Origin: a bacterium
Lineage (GTDB): Bacteria; Cyanobacteriota; Vampirovibrionia; Gastranaerophilales; JBAXKC01
Length of the DNA: 64,000 bases
Assembly (NCBI GenBank): GCA_037137535.1
Contig: JBAXKC010000005.1
Location: 38,346-102,345 of the forward strand
Direction of reading: 5' to 3'
Part shown: positions 15,980-26,433 of the stretch, in pieces
Numbering within the stretch: position 1 is the first letter of the stretch
How the letters are laid out: each line of letters starts with the position of its first letter
The notes under the pieces: model-generated
Told to the model about the DNA's origin: nothing
Database searches by the model: none
What the model saw: the letters and a program-made list of their open reading frames with translations, nothing else
Position numbers and translations under genes: made by a program

Positions 15980-18650
15980 TCTTTATTCGTTCCATAATAA
16001 TATTAAAACGAACTTCTCCTATTTCATTCATTATTTGTCTTATTTTTCGGTCAATTTTTTCAGAGCTGTCTGTAGAAATTGTAGCTCCTATGGTTTTTCT
16101 TGAGAGGATAAAGTTTTTTAGAGATTTTTCATAATCTCTTACATTTAAGAAAAAATCGCCAAGATCAAATAAGGAACCTGCAACAAGATAAATATCTTTA
16201 GAGCTTTTTGCTGATTCTAGTCCCATATTCAAATAATCAAGGGCTTTATCATTATTACCTTGGTAAATATATATATTTGCAAGTTTATTAATTGTTTTAT
16301 ATTCACCATCAAAGTTTTTATTTATTCTGTCAACATTTAATGATTTCTGATAAAAGTTTAGTGCATTATCAAAGTTGTTATTTTCTTCATAAATAGCCGC
16401 AATATTTGCTAATGCTTCCGCTAAGAAAATATTTTGTTCAATATTTTGAAATTCAGCACATTTTTTATAATATTCCAAAGCTTTTGAAATATTATTCATA
16501 TCATCATAAACCAGAGCCAGTTTGAATGCAGTAAGAGCATATTGTTCTTTACTTTGAGCTGTTTCATTTTTTTCTGCAAATTGAAGTGATTTTAAATAAT
16601 AAGTTATAGCAAGTTCAGCATTTTTCCTGTAATCATAAATCTCCGCTAATCCTGTGTATGCCTCTGATAGTATTTCATTATTCAGATTATTATTTTTGTC
16701 ATTAATAACTCTTTTAAAGGCTTTTAGTGCTTCGTCATGTTTATAACTTTCGCTATAGGCATTACCAAGCATATTATTTACTTTATTTGCGGTTATATAG
16801 TCATTTTCTTGTTGATAAAAGTCTATTGACTCATTATAATAAACCGCTGCATCTTCATATTTATGCATTTCGGCTAAAATATCAGCTATTTGTATAGATA
16901 TTTGAGCAACTTGTTTTTTATCTCCTAATGATTTTGAAAGATTTAATGCTTTTTTATATTGATAAAAAGCTAAATCAAGTTTATGTGCTTTTTGAAACTC
17001 ATCTGCTTTTTCAAGTAATTCTTTTCTTTCTTGTGTAGGTGAAATCTTTTCTTCTTGTTCGGTTGTTTGATCATTTTCTTGAAAAAATATTGGAATAATT
17101 AATTTTGACGGGTCAGTTTTTTCTCTTGATAAATCTTCATTAATAGATTCTTCTTCTAATAATTTTTTTTCATCATCAGAAAGTTCAAAACCTAAATCAT
17201 CGTCATCCATGTCTTGAATGGTTTCGATTAATTTCTTTTTGAAATTATTGTCTATATTTACTGTTTCGTTGTCTTCAAAGTTTAAGACACTTTCTTCATT
17301 TGTATTTTCAATGTTTTTACTTTGTTGTTTCTCTTGTTTATTGGGATTTTTCTGTGCAGGAGGCATTTGTGATTTTTTAAAATCATAAAATTGATTTGGA
17401 GTTGATGCCAATATATTAAAATTGGTTTTAAATTTCGTGCTTATTTTATAGTGATAATATTGTTCTGTGTGTAAAAGTTTTCGAGAAAGAGTTATTTCTC
17501 TTTCATTTATTGGTTTTGGTATTTGATTTGAGTAAAATTCATGTAAGAAATTATGAATTTTACCTTTTTCATTTGTGGCAATATGTTTATATATAAGATT
17601 TTTAATCATAGGCTTAATGTAGTAATTACCGTTATTATCGGTTACTATCATAAGCTCTTTGAGTTTATTTATTTTGTGTTCTAAATCACCTTCCGCATTA
17701 AGTTTTTGCAGTAGGCTTATTTTTACGGGGTGTCTTAATGCTGATAAAAACCTGCATAATTTTATACAATCTTGCGGAATAATATCATATATTTTTTCTA
17801 TAATATATTCTTCAAAACTTTCTTTTCTTGACGAATATTCTCCAATTAAATCAAATGGTGTTATTTTTAAGTTTATTACACCATTTATAAACCATAATAA
17901 ACTTTCAGGATAACCTCTAGTTATTTCAAAGGCCTGATAAAGTGTGTTTTCATAGCCTATTAAATTATGATCTTTAAATATTTGCAACGCATGGTTATCA
18001 TCAAGGCCGCCCAGCTTTATGCGAGAACTGTTTTTCTCGTTAAGGTTAAGTCCTGATACCAATAATTTTTGCGAAGAAATAATTAACTTAATATTTGGAA
18101 ATTTAAGTAAATAGTTCAAAAACTTTGCTATTTCTTCATCGGCAAAGTTGAAATTTTTGTCGGTTAAAAACTCTAATGAGTCTATAGCTATAATTAACGG
18201 TCTTTTTAAGTTTTTTATATACTCTATAACTTTTCTATCAATGGATAAAGTTGATGAAGCTTTTATATCACGGGCAAGCTCTGTGTTTTTTTTGAAGAAT
18301 TTATTCAAATAAGAATATAAAGAAACGATTATATCATCGAGATTAGTTATTTGTGAGCATTCATAATAAAAACGTAAAATAGAATCATCAAGGCTAAGAA
18401 AAAGTGATTTTATAAATTCTGTTTTTCCTACTCCATAAAATCCATTTATAACTAAAGCTTTTCTCATCTCTGAATTTATTGTTCTGATGGCTTCTTTAAA
18501 GTGTTCATTTCGATTTATTAAAATATAAGGTGTGTTTTTATTGATATGTTTTACTTTTGCTTTGTTTAAAACGTCTAAAATTCCGTCAAATTCTTGTATT
18601 GACGGGCTAATATTGTCGGTTAATGCAGTTTTAAAGAAAGATTTTCTCAT
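15963..18650 (-). CDS. STAND/AAA-type P-loop NTPase with acidic linker and C-terminal TPR array
   Basis: Walker A INGFYGVGKTEF; Walker B-like PLIIAIDSLEF. Acidic low-complexity linker (QDMDDDDLGFELSDDEKKLLEEE). About 8 TPR-like repeats follow (A..YY..S..........A...LG..Y). Confidence 0.7.
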   Translation of the reverse strand: MRKSFFKTALTDNISPSIQEFDGILDVLNKAKVKHINKNTPYILINRNEHFKEAIRTINSEMRKALVINGFYGVGKTEFIKSLFLSLDDSILRFYYECSQITNLDDIIVSLYSYLNKFFKKNTELARDIKASSTLSIDRKVIEYIKNLKRPLIIAIDSLEFLTDKNFNFADEEIAKFLNYLLKFPNIKLIISSQKLLVSGLNLNEKNSSRIKLGGLDDNHALQIFKDHNLIGYENTLYQAFEITRGYPESLLWFINGVINLKITPFDLIGEYSSRKESFEEYIIEKIYDIIPQDCIKLCRFLSALRHPVKISLLQKLNAEGDLEHKINKLKELMIVTDNNGNYYIKPMIKNLIYKHIATNEKGKIHNFLHEFYSNQIPKPINEREITLSRKLLHTEQYYHYKISTKFKTNFNILASTPNQFYDFKKSQMPPAQKNPNKQEKQQSKNIENTNEESVLNFEDNETVNIDNNFKKKLIETIQDMDDDDLGFELSDDEKKLLEEESINEDLSREKTDPSKLIIPIFFQENDQTTEQEEKISPTQERKELLEKADEFQKAHKLDLAFYQYKKALNLSKSLGDKKQVAQISIQIADILAEMHKYEDAAVYYNESIDFYQQENDYITANKVNNMLGNAYSESYKHDEALKAFKRVINDKNNNLNNEILSEAYTGLAEIYDYRKNAELAITYYLKSLQFAEKNETAQSKEQYALTAFKLALVYDDMNNISKALEYYKKCAEFQNIEQNIFLAEALANIAAIYEENNNFDNALNFYQKSLNVDRINKNFDGEYKTINKLANIYIYQGNNDKALDYLNMGLESAKSSKDIYLVAGSLFDLGDFFLNVRDYEKSLKNFILSRKTIGATISTDSSEKIDRKIRQIMNEIGEVRFNIIMERIKNAKGR

Positions 18651-18801
18651 ACTTAGAATATTTTACTAGGTAATTGTCTTTTTTTCCATAAATTATTAAT
18701 ATGATTGAGATTTTATAATGTGTAAAGTAATCTTAACAAATATAGCAATTATACCAATTTAGTAGTTTTTATAATTATATATAAGGAGGTAAAATCTATT
18801 T

Positions 18802-19458
18802 ATGATTAATTCAAATTATAATTCACAGGTTGCATTTGCAGGAAAAGAGAAAACAGAGAAAAAATCTGCATATCCTGAAAAACAATCTGATAATATAAAA
18901 AGAGTTGCCGTTAATACTGCTGTTACTGTAGGGACAGGGGCAGCGTTGGGTGCCGGTGCTGCTGTAGGTATAAATGAGTTTGCTGTTTCTAAAGTAACTA
19001 ATGGTATTAAAGAAGTTACTGATACATTTAATAGTAAGTTTCTAAATTCAGATGTTGCAGAAAAAGTGATTTGTGAAGACTCTCATCCTATTGTTCAACT
19101 GGGAGAAAAAATTTCTGATGGATTGAGAGCAGTAAAAAACATATTTGGTTTACCAAAAAATAATGAATTTAGAACAGGCTTTAATGATGCTCTTGAATCT
19201 GCTGCATTTGTCGGAGAAAACAGATATTACTTAAACGGTAATATCGATGAAATTGGACAGAATGTATTACCTTTTATAAATAATTTCAGAGATGAAATGG
19301 TTAATCATATTAGAAGTTGCACAAAAAAGACTATTCTTCCTTTTGCTGCTATTGGTGCAGCAACTGCTTTAATTCTAGGAACAGCCGGAAGTTTGACTAT
19401 TCATGGAGTTAAGGATATTTTTAGAACTGATAAAAAAGAAGAAACTTCTAAAGCATAG
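18802..19458 (+). CDS. Hypothetical membrane protein (two Gly/Ala-rich TM segments)
   Basis: AAGGAGG RBS. TM segments VAVNTAVTVGTGAALGAGAAVGI and ILPFAAIGAATALILGTAGSL. No recognisable family. Confidence 0.55.
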   Translation: MINSNYNSQVAFAGKEKTEKKSAYPEKQSDNIKRVAVNTAVTVGTGAALGAGAAVGINEFAVSKVTNGIKEVTDTFNSKFLNSDVAEKVICEDSHPIVQLGEKISDGLRAVKNIFGLPKNNEFRTGFNDALESAAFVGENRYYLNGNIDEIGQNVLPFINNFRDEMVNHIRSCTKKTILPFAAIGAATALILGTAGSLTIHGVKDIFRTDKKEETSKA

Positions 19459-19485
19459 ACTTTGAAATTTAAACAAATATTACTA

Positions 19486-19520
19486 AAAGCTTTAGTCTCT
19501 ACTAAGGCTTTTAGTTTTTT
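19486..19520 (+). terminator. Rho-independent terminator
   Basis: AAAGCTTTAGT-ctct-ACTAAGGCTTT stem (one G-U pair) followed by TAGTTTTTT. Confidence 0.7.
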
Positions 19521-19565
19521 CATGGGATAATTGTATAGTCATAGTTCAATATTTGGGGAAAAGAC

Positions 19566-20375
19566 ATGACACAGAATAAAATTAAAGTTGCTGTATGCGG
19601 CGCATGTGGCAAAATGGGGCAAGAAGTAATCAGAGCCGTATTAAATGAAGCTGATTTAGAGCTTGTTGCGGCTATTGATATTCAAAATACTGGAAAAGAT
19701 ATCGGAGAAATTGTTAATAATACAACTTCTGGCGTAAAAGTAACTAAAGATTTAAAAGAAACACTTTTGAACTCTAAATCTGATGTTATAGTTGACTTTA
19801 CATCACCTGAGCTTATCTATAAAAGCTCGATAACTGCTATTGAATGTGGTGTCCGTCCTGTAATAGGTACAACAGGTTTAAGTGAAGAGCAACTTGCTGA
19901 ATTAAAAAGACTTTCAGAAGAAAATAAACTTAGCGTATTAATCGCTCCTAACTTTGCAATTGGTGCGGTTTTAATGATGATGTATGCAGCTCAAGCTTCA
20001 AAATATTTTGAACATGCTGAAATTATTGAATTACATCACAATAGAAAAAAAGATGCTCCATCAGGAACAGCAATTAAAACAGCTCAATTAATGACCGAAG
20101 CTCGCAAAGAATTCAGCAAGGATAATATTCCCGAAACTGAATTTATAGAAGGCGCAAGAGGCGGAGTTACCGACTCAAATATCCATATTCACAGCGTAAG
20201 ACTTCCGGGTTATATTGCCAGTCAGGAAGTTATTTTTGGAGCTATGGGACAAACCTTTACTATCAGGCATGATTCCTTCAATAGAGAATGTTATATGCCA
20301 GGTGTAGTTTTAGCGATAAAACATGTTATGAAAAATAATGATTTTGTATATGGATTAGAAAACATATTATTATAA
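19566..20375 (+). CDS. dapB: 4-hydroxy-tetrahydrodipicolinate reductase
   Basis: N-terminal Rossmann motif VAVCGACGKMGQ; catalytic block ELHHNRKKDAPSGTA; GYIASQEVIFG. Confidence 0.92.
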   Translation: MTQNKIKVAVCGACGKMGQEVIRAVLNEADLELVAAIDIQNTGKDIGEIVNNTTSGVKVTKDLKETLLNSKSDVIVDFTSPELIYKSSITAIECGVRPVIGTTGLSEEQLAELKRLSEENKLSVLIAPNFAIGAVLMMMYAAQASKYFEHAEIIELHHNRKKDAPSGTAIKTAQLMTEARKEFSKDNIPETEFIEGARGGVTDSNIHIHSVRLPGYIASQEVIFGAMGQTFTIRHDSFNRECYMPGVVLAIKHVMKNNDFVYGLENILL

Positions 20376-20386
20376 GGATAAAATCT

Positions 20387-21403
20387 ATGAAAAAGCCTAA
20401 TATAGCAGTTCTTGGCGCAACAGGCGTTGTAGGAAGCGAAATATTAAAAATATTATCAGAAAAAAACTTTCCGTTTGAAAATATAAAATTCCTTGCTAGT
20501 GCTAGAAGTGCAGGTAAAGATATTCAATTTAACGGTAAAACTTATAAAATTGAAGAAGCTACTCCTGAATCATTTGAAGGAGTAAATATTGTTCTTTCTT
20601 CCGCAGGAGCAGCGACAAGTAAAGCTCTTGCTCATGAAGCAGTAAAAAGAGGGGCTGTAGTAGTTGATAATACCAGTTTATTCAGAATGGAAAAGGATGT
20701 TCCGCTTGTAATAGCAGGTGTTAATGATGAAGATTTAAGAAACCATAAAGGCATTATTGCAAATCCTAACTGTTCTACTTCACAACTTATGCTAGCTTTA
20801 AAACCGCTTCACGATTATGCAACAATAAAAAGACTAGTAGTTAGTACATATCAGTCAGTTAGTGGTGCAGGTATAGAAGCTATTAATGAATTAACAGAAA
20901 ATACTAAAGCTACGCTTGAAAATAAAAACTACGAAAATAAAGTATTTAAAAAATCTATTGGCTTTAATGTTATTCCTCAAATTGATGTTTTCCTTGACAA
21001 TGGATACACAAAAGAGGAAATGAAAGTCGTAAATGAAACTAAGAAAATCCTTCACTTACCTGAAAATACTCCTATTGCTACAACAGCGGTAAGAGTTCCT
21101 GTTTATATCAGTCATAGTGAAGCTGTAAACGTAGAGTTTGAAAAAGAGCTTTCTCCTGAAAAAGCTAGAGAAATTCTCTCAACTGCTTTTGGTGTTGTAG
21201 TTGAAGACAATCCTTCAGACTTTGTATTCCCTACTCCTGTTGAAACAGCAGGAAAAGACCCTGTTTATGTAGGAAGAATAAGAAAAGATCTTTCCTGTGA
21301 AAATGGAATTGCAATGTGGGTTGTTGCTGATAATTTAAGAATCGGTGCTGCTCTCAATACTGTAAGAATTGCCGAAAAACTCGTAGAAATGGGTTTATAC
21401 TAA
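20387..21403 (+). CDS. asd: Aspartate-semialdehyde dehydrogenase
   Basis: VLGATGVVG NAD(P) motif; active-site NPNCSTS; YQSVSGAG; ADNLRIGAA. Confidence 0.92.
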   Translation: MKKPNIAVLGATGVVGSEILKILSEKNFPFENIKFLASARSAGKDIQFNGKTYKIEEATPESFEGVNIVLSSAGAATSKALAHEAVKRGAVVVDNTSLFRMEKDVPLVIAGVNDEDLRNHKGIIANPNCSTSQLMLALKPLHDYATIKRLVVSTYQSVSGAGIEAINELTENTKATLENKNYENKVFKKSIGFNVIPQIDVFLDNGYTKEEMKVVNETKKILHLPENTPIATTAVRVPVYISHSEAVNVEFEKELSPEKAREILSTAFGVVVEDNPSDFVFPTPVETAGKDPVYVGRIRKDLSCENGIAMWVVADNLRIGAALNTVRIAEKLVEMGLY

Positions 21404-21422
21404 ATTTATAAAGGAGCTGAAA

Positions 21423-22313
21423 ATGTCTTTAAGATATAATGCCGGAGAAGTTATTACAGCAATGGCAACTCCGTTTAATGATAAATTGGCAATTGATTTT
21501 GAAGCAGTTGAAAAACTTGTTGAACATTTAATAAATAACGGTAGTGATGCTATTTTAGTGGCAGGAACAACAGGCGAATCTCCAACTTTAACTCATGAAG
21601 AAGAGTTTGAGCTTTTATCAGTTGTAAAGTCTGTTGCAAAAGGTAGAGTTAAAGTTATTATGGGAGCAGGCTCAAATAGTACTGATACCGCTGTTGCATC
21701 TACTAAAAGAGTTACAGCAATTGGCGCAGATGCTATTTTGACTGTAGTTCCATATTATAATAAACCGTCACAACGAGGACTTATCGAGCATTTTGGCGCA
21801 ATTGCAAAGGCGGCGGATATTCCTATAATGCTCTACAATATACCTGGAAGAACAGGCATAAATATGCAACCTGAAACAATTGTAAAAGTTGCTGAAGAAA
21901 ATAAAAATATTTTTGCGGTAAAACAAAGCAACGCAGACCTAGATTTAGTTAGTGAAATTGCTTCAACTGCTCCCGAAGGATTTGTTGTATATAGCGGTGA
22001 TGACAGCTTAACCTTACCTATGATGTCTTTAGGCGCTTATGGTGTTGTTAGTGTTGCAAGTCATATAATTGGTAACGATATTAAAGAGATGATTTCTTGC
22101 TTTAATAGAGGTGAAAATCAAAAAGCTAGAGAAATTCACTATAAATGTTTCCCTGTATTTAAAGCTATTTTCACAGCACCAAATCCTGTGCCTATAAAAG
22201 CTTGTCTTGAAAGAATAGGAATCATGTCTGATAATGTGAGATTACCGCTTGTTTCTCTGTCAAATGAGGAAAAAGCTGTTCTTCTTAAAGTTATCGAGCA
22301 ATTTGAAGGCTAA
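21423..22313 (+). CDS. dapA: 4-hydroxy-tetrahydrodipicolinate synthase
   Basis: VAGTTGESPTL, PYYNKPSQ, YNIPGRTG and Schiff-base Lys context (AVKQS). Completes the dapB-asd-dapA cluster. Confidence 0.92.
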   Translation: MSLRYNAGEVITAMATPFNDKLAIDFEAVEKLVEHLINNGSDAILVAGTTGESPTLTHEEEFELLSVVKSVAKGRVKVIMGAGSNSTDTAVASTKRVTAIGADAILTVVPYYNKPSQRGLIEHFGAIAKAADIPIMLYNIPGRTGINMQPETIVKVAEENKNIFAVKQSNADLDLVSEIASTAPEGFVVYSGDDSLTLPMMSLGAYGVVSVASHIIGNDIKEMISCFNRGENQKAREIHYKCFPVFKAIFTAPNPVPIKACLERIGIMSDNVRLPLVSLSNEEKAVLLKVIEQFEG

Positions 22314-22338
22314 TAATTTAAAAATAATTTTGTGAATT

Positions 22339-22370
22339 TACCCCGTACTTTAATATACGGGGTATTCTAT
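22339..22370 (+). terminator. Putative terminator after dapA
   Basis: TACCCCGTA-ctttaata-TACGGGGTA hairpin followed by TTCTATTG (weak T-tract). Confidence 0.55.
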
Positions 22371-22447
22371 TGTAAAAGCTTATTATTGACAATTTTTAAT
22401 GTATAATTTATTGCCGAGGCTATAAAAACAGATAAAAGGTAAACTAG

Positions 22448-23167
22448 ATGAATAGATATAACCGAAATATTTTAATGATTGAAGAGAGCGGACAACAAAA
22501 ACTTTTAAATTCAAAAATATTAATTGCAGGTGCAGGTGGATTGGGTTCAACTGTCATTGTAAATCTTGCCTCTTTGGGTATAGGAAAATTAGGCATAATT
22601 GATAATGACAAATTAGATATTACTAATCTTAACAGGCAATATATTCATAAATTTGAAAATATCGGCAAAGATAAAGTTGACTCTGCTGAAGAGTGGATTA
22701 AGTCTTTTAACCCTGATATTGAAGTAGAAAAATTCAAATTAAGACTAAATGAAGATAATGCGGAAAGTATTATTTCAAAATTCGATCTTGTAATTGATTG
22801 TTTTGATTCTTATGCGTCAAAATTCATATTAAATGACATTTGTAATAAACTGAAGAAACCGCTTATTCATGGCGGTGTAATGGAATATAGCGGTCAAGTT
22901 CTAACAATTTTTCCTGAAAAATCAGCATGTTTAAGGTGTATTTTTCCCGATGCAAATCTTGATGCTTATGTGGTTAAAGGAATTATAAGTCCGACAGTAA
23001 GCGTTATTGCTTCATTGCAGGCAATGGAAGCAGCTAAGGTTATTTTAGGGGAAGATAACCTTTTAATCGATAAACTTCTTACTTATAACGGCAAACTTCA
23101 AGAATTTAAGAAAATTAACCTGACCAAAAATCAGGCATGTCCTTTGTGTTCCACTTTAAAAGTATAA
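22448..23167 (+). CDS. ThiF/MoeB/HesA-family E1-like adenylyltransferase
   Basis: Nucleotide-binding IAGAGGLGS; DNDKLDITNLNRQ; CxxC pairs CLRC and CPLC. Confidence 0.8.
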   Translation: MNRYNRNILMIEESGQQKLLNSKILIAGAGGLGSTVIVNLASLGIGKLGIIDNDKLDITNLNRQYIHKFENIGKDKVDSAEEWIKSFNPDIEVEKFKLRLNEDNAESIISKFDLVIDCFDSYASKFILNDICNKLKKPLIHGGVMEYSGQVLTIFPEKSACLRCIFPDANLDAYVVKGIISPTVSVIASLQAMEAAKVILGEDNLLIDKLLTYNGKLQEFKKINLTKNQACPLCSTLKV

Positions 23168-23253
23168 ATGGTTGCTCTTGAATTAATCTATTAGATATAA
23201 CAAAAGACAAGTCTTAATTTTCAAAGACATGTCTTTTCTTTATTAGACAGTAG

Positions 23254-26200
23254 TTATTCCACAGAGAAAATATCCTCTAAATCCTGATAAGTCAATGCTT
23301 TTCCTATTGATCTGTCTACAGAAATAATGGTATCTGCAATATCACGTTTTTTCTCTTTTAATTTCATTATTTTTTCTTCAACAGAGTTTTTTGTAATAAA
23401 CCTGTAAACGAAAACATTTTTGGTTTGTCCAATTCTGTAAGCTCTATCAGTTGCCTGATCTTCAACAGCAGGATTCCACCATGGGTCATAATGAATTACA
23501 TAGTCGGCACCTGTTAAATTCAGACCTGTTCCGCCCGCTTTAAGACTTATTAAAAATATGGGGATGCTATCGTCATTATTGAAGTTATTTACTCTTTCGG
23601 CTCGGTCTTTTGTTGAACCGGTAAGATACTCATGTTTTATGCCTTTTTCTTCAAGCCATTCTTTAACAATATCAAGCATTTGAACAAATTGACTGAATAA
23701 TAAAATTCTATGTCCCTCGCTTATGATTTCTTCGAGCATTTCTTTTAAATGTTCAAATTTACCTGATGTTTCAATGCCTCTTTCACCTTGTTTATCAAAG
23801 AGTTTTGGATGGCAACAGATTTGTCTTAATCTTAATAGAGCGGCAAAAATAGACATTTGACTTTTTTCAATTCCGTCCTTTTGCACTTTTGCCATAAGTT
23901 CTTTTTTAGTGCTGTCAAGAACATCAAGATAAAAGTCTTTTTGTTCAGGCAACATGTGACAATATGCAATGTTTTCAACTTTATCGGGAAGGTCTTTTGC
24001 AATATCTCTTTTCATTCTTCTAAGAATAAACGGATAAATTTGTTTTTTAAGTTTGGATTCGACCAGCCTGTCTTCTCTCTCTTGAATTGGAACTAAATAC
24101 CTTGATTTAAACTCTTTATCATCATATAAAAAGCCCGGCATTAAGAAGTCAAAAACTGACCATAATTCGTTAATGCTGTTTTCTATCGGTGTACCTGAAA
24201 GAGCGATTCTATGTTGTGCATTAAGCTGTTTTGCCGATTGTGCGGTAATTGAATCAGAGTTTTTAATATTTTGTGATTCATCAAGAATAATAAATCTGAA
24301 ATTATATTTTTTTAACTCTTCAATATCTCTTCTTAACAACGCATAACTGGTAATTATTATGTCATGCTTGTCAATTTTACCGAAAGAATCTTTTCTTGAT
24401 GAGCCTGTTAAGTTTAAATATTTTAATTTTGGCGTAAATTTCTCAATCTCCGCTTCCCAGTTAAAAACAACTGAAGTCGGACAAACTACTAATGTCGGCA
24501 TAAGTTTATCTTCTTCTTTCGCCTTTAGAATGAGAGCGAGAGTCTGAAGTGTTTTACCAAGACCCATATCATCAGCAAGTATTCCGTTTAGTCCGTAATC
24601 ATATAAGAACCATAACCAGTTAAGACCTTTTATCTGATATTCTCTGAGATCGGCTTTTAGACCTTTTGGTTTGCTTATGTCTTCAAGTGTATTAAAAGAT
24701 TTGATTTGTGTCCAAAATCTTTCAAATTTTTCGCTCATTTCAATTTTTACATTTTGCTCGATTAATTCATTAACAAGACCTGCTCTATATGTTTTTATTT
24801 TATAAACGTCTTCTCCGTTTATTTTTTGAGCATCAAAACTCGTCAAACTCTTTGTAAAGTTAAGAATGAGAGCTAATGGTATTTCGACATAGCCTTTATT
24901 GTAAGCATTTATATATTTTTTTCCATGTAAAAAAGCTTGAATTACATCATCTGTAGCTATTTCAACTTCCCCTGAAATCATTTTTACAGCCATTAAGAAA
25001 CTATCGGCAGATTTTTCAAAATCTAAATGTGCAGAAACTACAAGCGGTTCAGGTAATACAGTAATTAATGAAAAATCTCCTGTTTCTTCAAAAATCCAGT
25101 CATCTCCTGCTTTAGGTTTATAAAAATTATAAAAATCTACTGCATCATCGCCTTCTACTTGAAGGTTATTTGTTTGCATCGGATAAAATTTACAGGTCTG
25201 TAAAGAGTTATAAGCTTGCTGTTCATGTTTTAAATCTCTTTTTAGCCAGTATATAATTTCTTCTTCAGGTTTTTTAACTGTAACATAAGGCGTTTTATCA
25301 GCGAGTTTGCCAAAAGGAACTCTTGTGCCGTCATACTCAAATTCTAATGCCGCTTTTATTGTGTTATTTTCTAAAAGTTCCATTGTAACTATATTAGTAG
25401 GTATTTTTTGTTCTAGGTTCAGTTTGCCTAATGTTTCAGATATTTCTACAGGCATGACTTCTTTTATCTTAGGAAGTTCTTCATATATGAATTTTCCGCC
25501 GTCAGCATCCCTTATATCAGTAAAAGTGGATTTTGTTAAATAAGGAGGTAATTTCATAAGTTTGATATTTGTCGGGAATACAAATTGCTTGTATCTTCCC
25601 CATTGAGAATGTTTTGAGTAATATCTTATTTCTTCAAAAGGAAGTATTTCATCAATATCTGTTCTATGCCAATGCAAAGATAAGAGCACATTTCCAACAA
25701 GTGACACATTTACGGCCAGTTTAAGATTCAAAATATTTTGATTAAAAATAAGTCTTTTTTTAGTTACAGGATCAACAACTTCTTCAAGTTTAGAAAGTAG
25801 GTTTATTGTTTCATCAAGTAAATTAAAAGGTATAGAATAAAATTCGCTGTCTTTTTGAAATTTAGCTTTTTTATATAAGAACTGCATTACTCCAAATTCA
25901 TTTTTTTGAGTTTCATTGAGTTCAAAGGTTGAACCAGGTGTTTTTTGTAATGCAATAACCGCTCTCAATAAGCTTTCTACGTCTTTTACGACTTCTTCTT
26001 TATTTCTGTCAATTATTTTTATTCCGATAAATTTAGGCTTTAACTCAGGGGCAAATAAAAACCTGTAAGCTCCTTGAGGTGATTCTAAAGGAGGTGGAGT
26101 TTCTTCATCAAAGTCAAAAGTTTCTTCTGTTTTTTTTGTGAGATATTCCTCATAAAAATGTTTTTCTATTGAATAAATAGCCGCAGATACTGCATGTTTG

Positions 26201-26433
26201 CACCATTCTTCTTCAAGGGGGCAGTTGCATTCAGCTTTTATATTATTCTCATCAAATTTTAACTTTACCTCATAGCTTTCCTGAAAACTTCCTTTTATTT
26301 TTGCATTTACTGTATAGTCTTCAAGTAAAGCTTCAAGAACCATATCTTTTTTAAAATATTCATAGCCTCTTCTCCAACTTCCCGGAGTTGCTGCTTCTTT
26401 TAGATATTTAAAGTTAAAATTACTTTTTTTCAT
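23254..26433 (-). CDS. SNF2-family DEAD/H helicase with N-terminal SWIM zinc finger
   Basis: SWIM motif CNCPLEEEWCKHAVSA. SNF2 motifs ILADDMGLGKT, DESQNIKN, LSGTPIEN. Helicase-C motifs GGTGLNLTGADYVIHYDPWWNP and QATDRAYRIGQ. The ORF is open to 26457; ATG 26433 has an AGGA RBS. Confidence 0.9.
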   Translation of the reverse strand: MKKSNFNFKYLKEAATPGSWRRGYEYFKKDMVLEALLEDYTVNAKIKGSFQESYEVKLKFDENNIKAECNCPLEEEWCKHAVSAAIYSIEKHFYEEYLTKKTEETFDFDEETPPPLESPQGAYRFLFAPELKPKFIGIKIIDRNKEEVVKDVESLLRAVIALQKTPGSTFELNETQKNEFGVMQFLYKKAKFQKDSEFYSIPFNLLDETINLLSKLEEVVDPVTKKRLIFNQNILNLKLAVNVSLVGNVLLSLHWHRTDIDEILPFEEIRYYSKHSQWGRYKQFVFPTNIKLMKLPPYLTKSTFTDIRDADGGKFIYEELPKIKEVMPVEISETLGKLNLEQKIPTNIVTMELLENNTIKAALEFEYDGTRVPFGKLADKTPYVTVKKPEEEIIYWLKRDLKHEQQAYNSLQTCKFYPMQTNNLQVEGDDAVDFYNFYKPKAGDDWIFEETGDFSLITVLPEPLVVSAHLDFEKSADSFLMAVKMISGEVEIATDDVIQAFLHGKKYINAYNKGYVEIPLALILNFTKSLTSFDAQKINGEDVYKIKTYRAGLVNELIEQNVKIEMSEKFERFWTQIKSFNTLEDISKPKGLKADLREYQIKGLNWLWFLYDYGLNGILADDMGLGKTLQTLALILKAKEEDKLMPTLVVCPTSVVFNWEAEIEKFTPKLKYLNLTGSSRKDSFGKIDKHDIIITSYALLRRDIEELKKYNFRFIILDESQNIKNSDSITAQSAKQLNAQHRIALSGTPIENSINELWSVFDFLMPGFLYDDKEFKSRYLVPIQEREDRLVESKLKKQIYPFILRRMKRDIAKDLPDKVENIAYCHMLPEQKDFYLDVLDSTKKELMAKVQKDGIEKSQMSIFAALLRLRQICCHPKLFDKQGERGIETSGKFEHLKEMLEEIISEGHRILLFSQFVQMLDIVKEWLEEKGIKHEYLTGSTKDRAERVNNFNNDDSIPIFLISLKAGGTGLNLTGADYVIHYDPWWNPAVEDQATDRAYRIGQTKNVFVYRFITKNSVEEKIMKLKEKKRDIADTIISVDRSIGKALTYQDLEDIFSVE

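Noticed and set aside
19459-19565. Possible lysine (L-box) riboswitch upstream of dapB-asd-dapA
   Set aside because: The spacer is about 107 nt and is largely occupied by the upstream gene's terminator. That is too short for an L-box (about 180 nt).
22386-22407. TTGACA ... TATAAT promoter-like hexamers upstream of the ThiF-like gene
   Set aside because: The spacing between the hexamers is only about 10 nt, not 16-18. At best the TG-TATAAT could be an extended -10 element. This is not enough to call a promoter.
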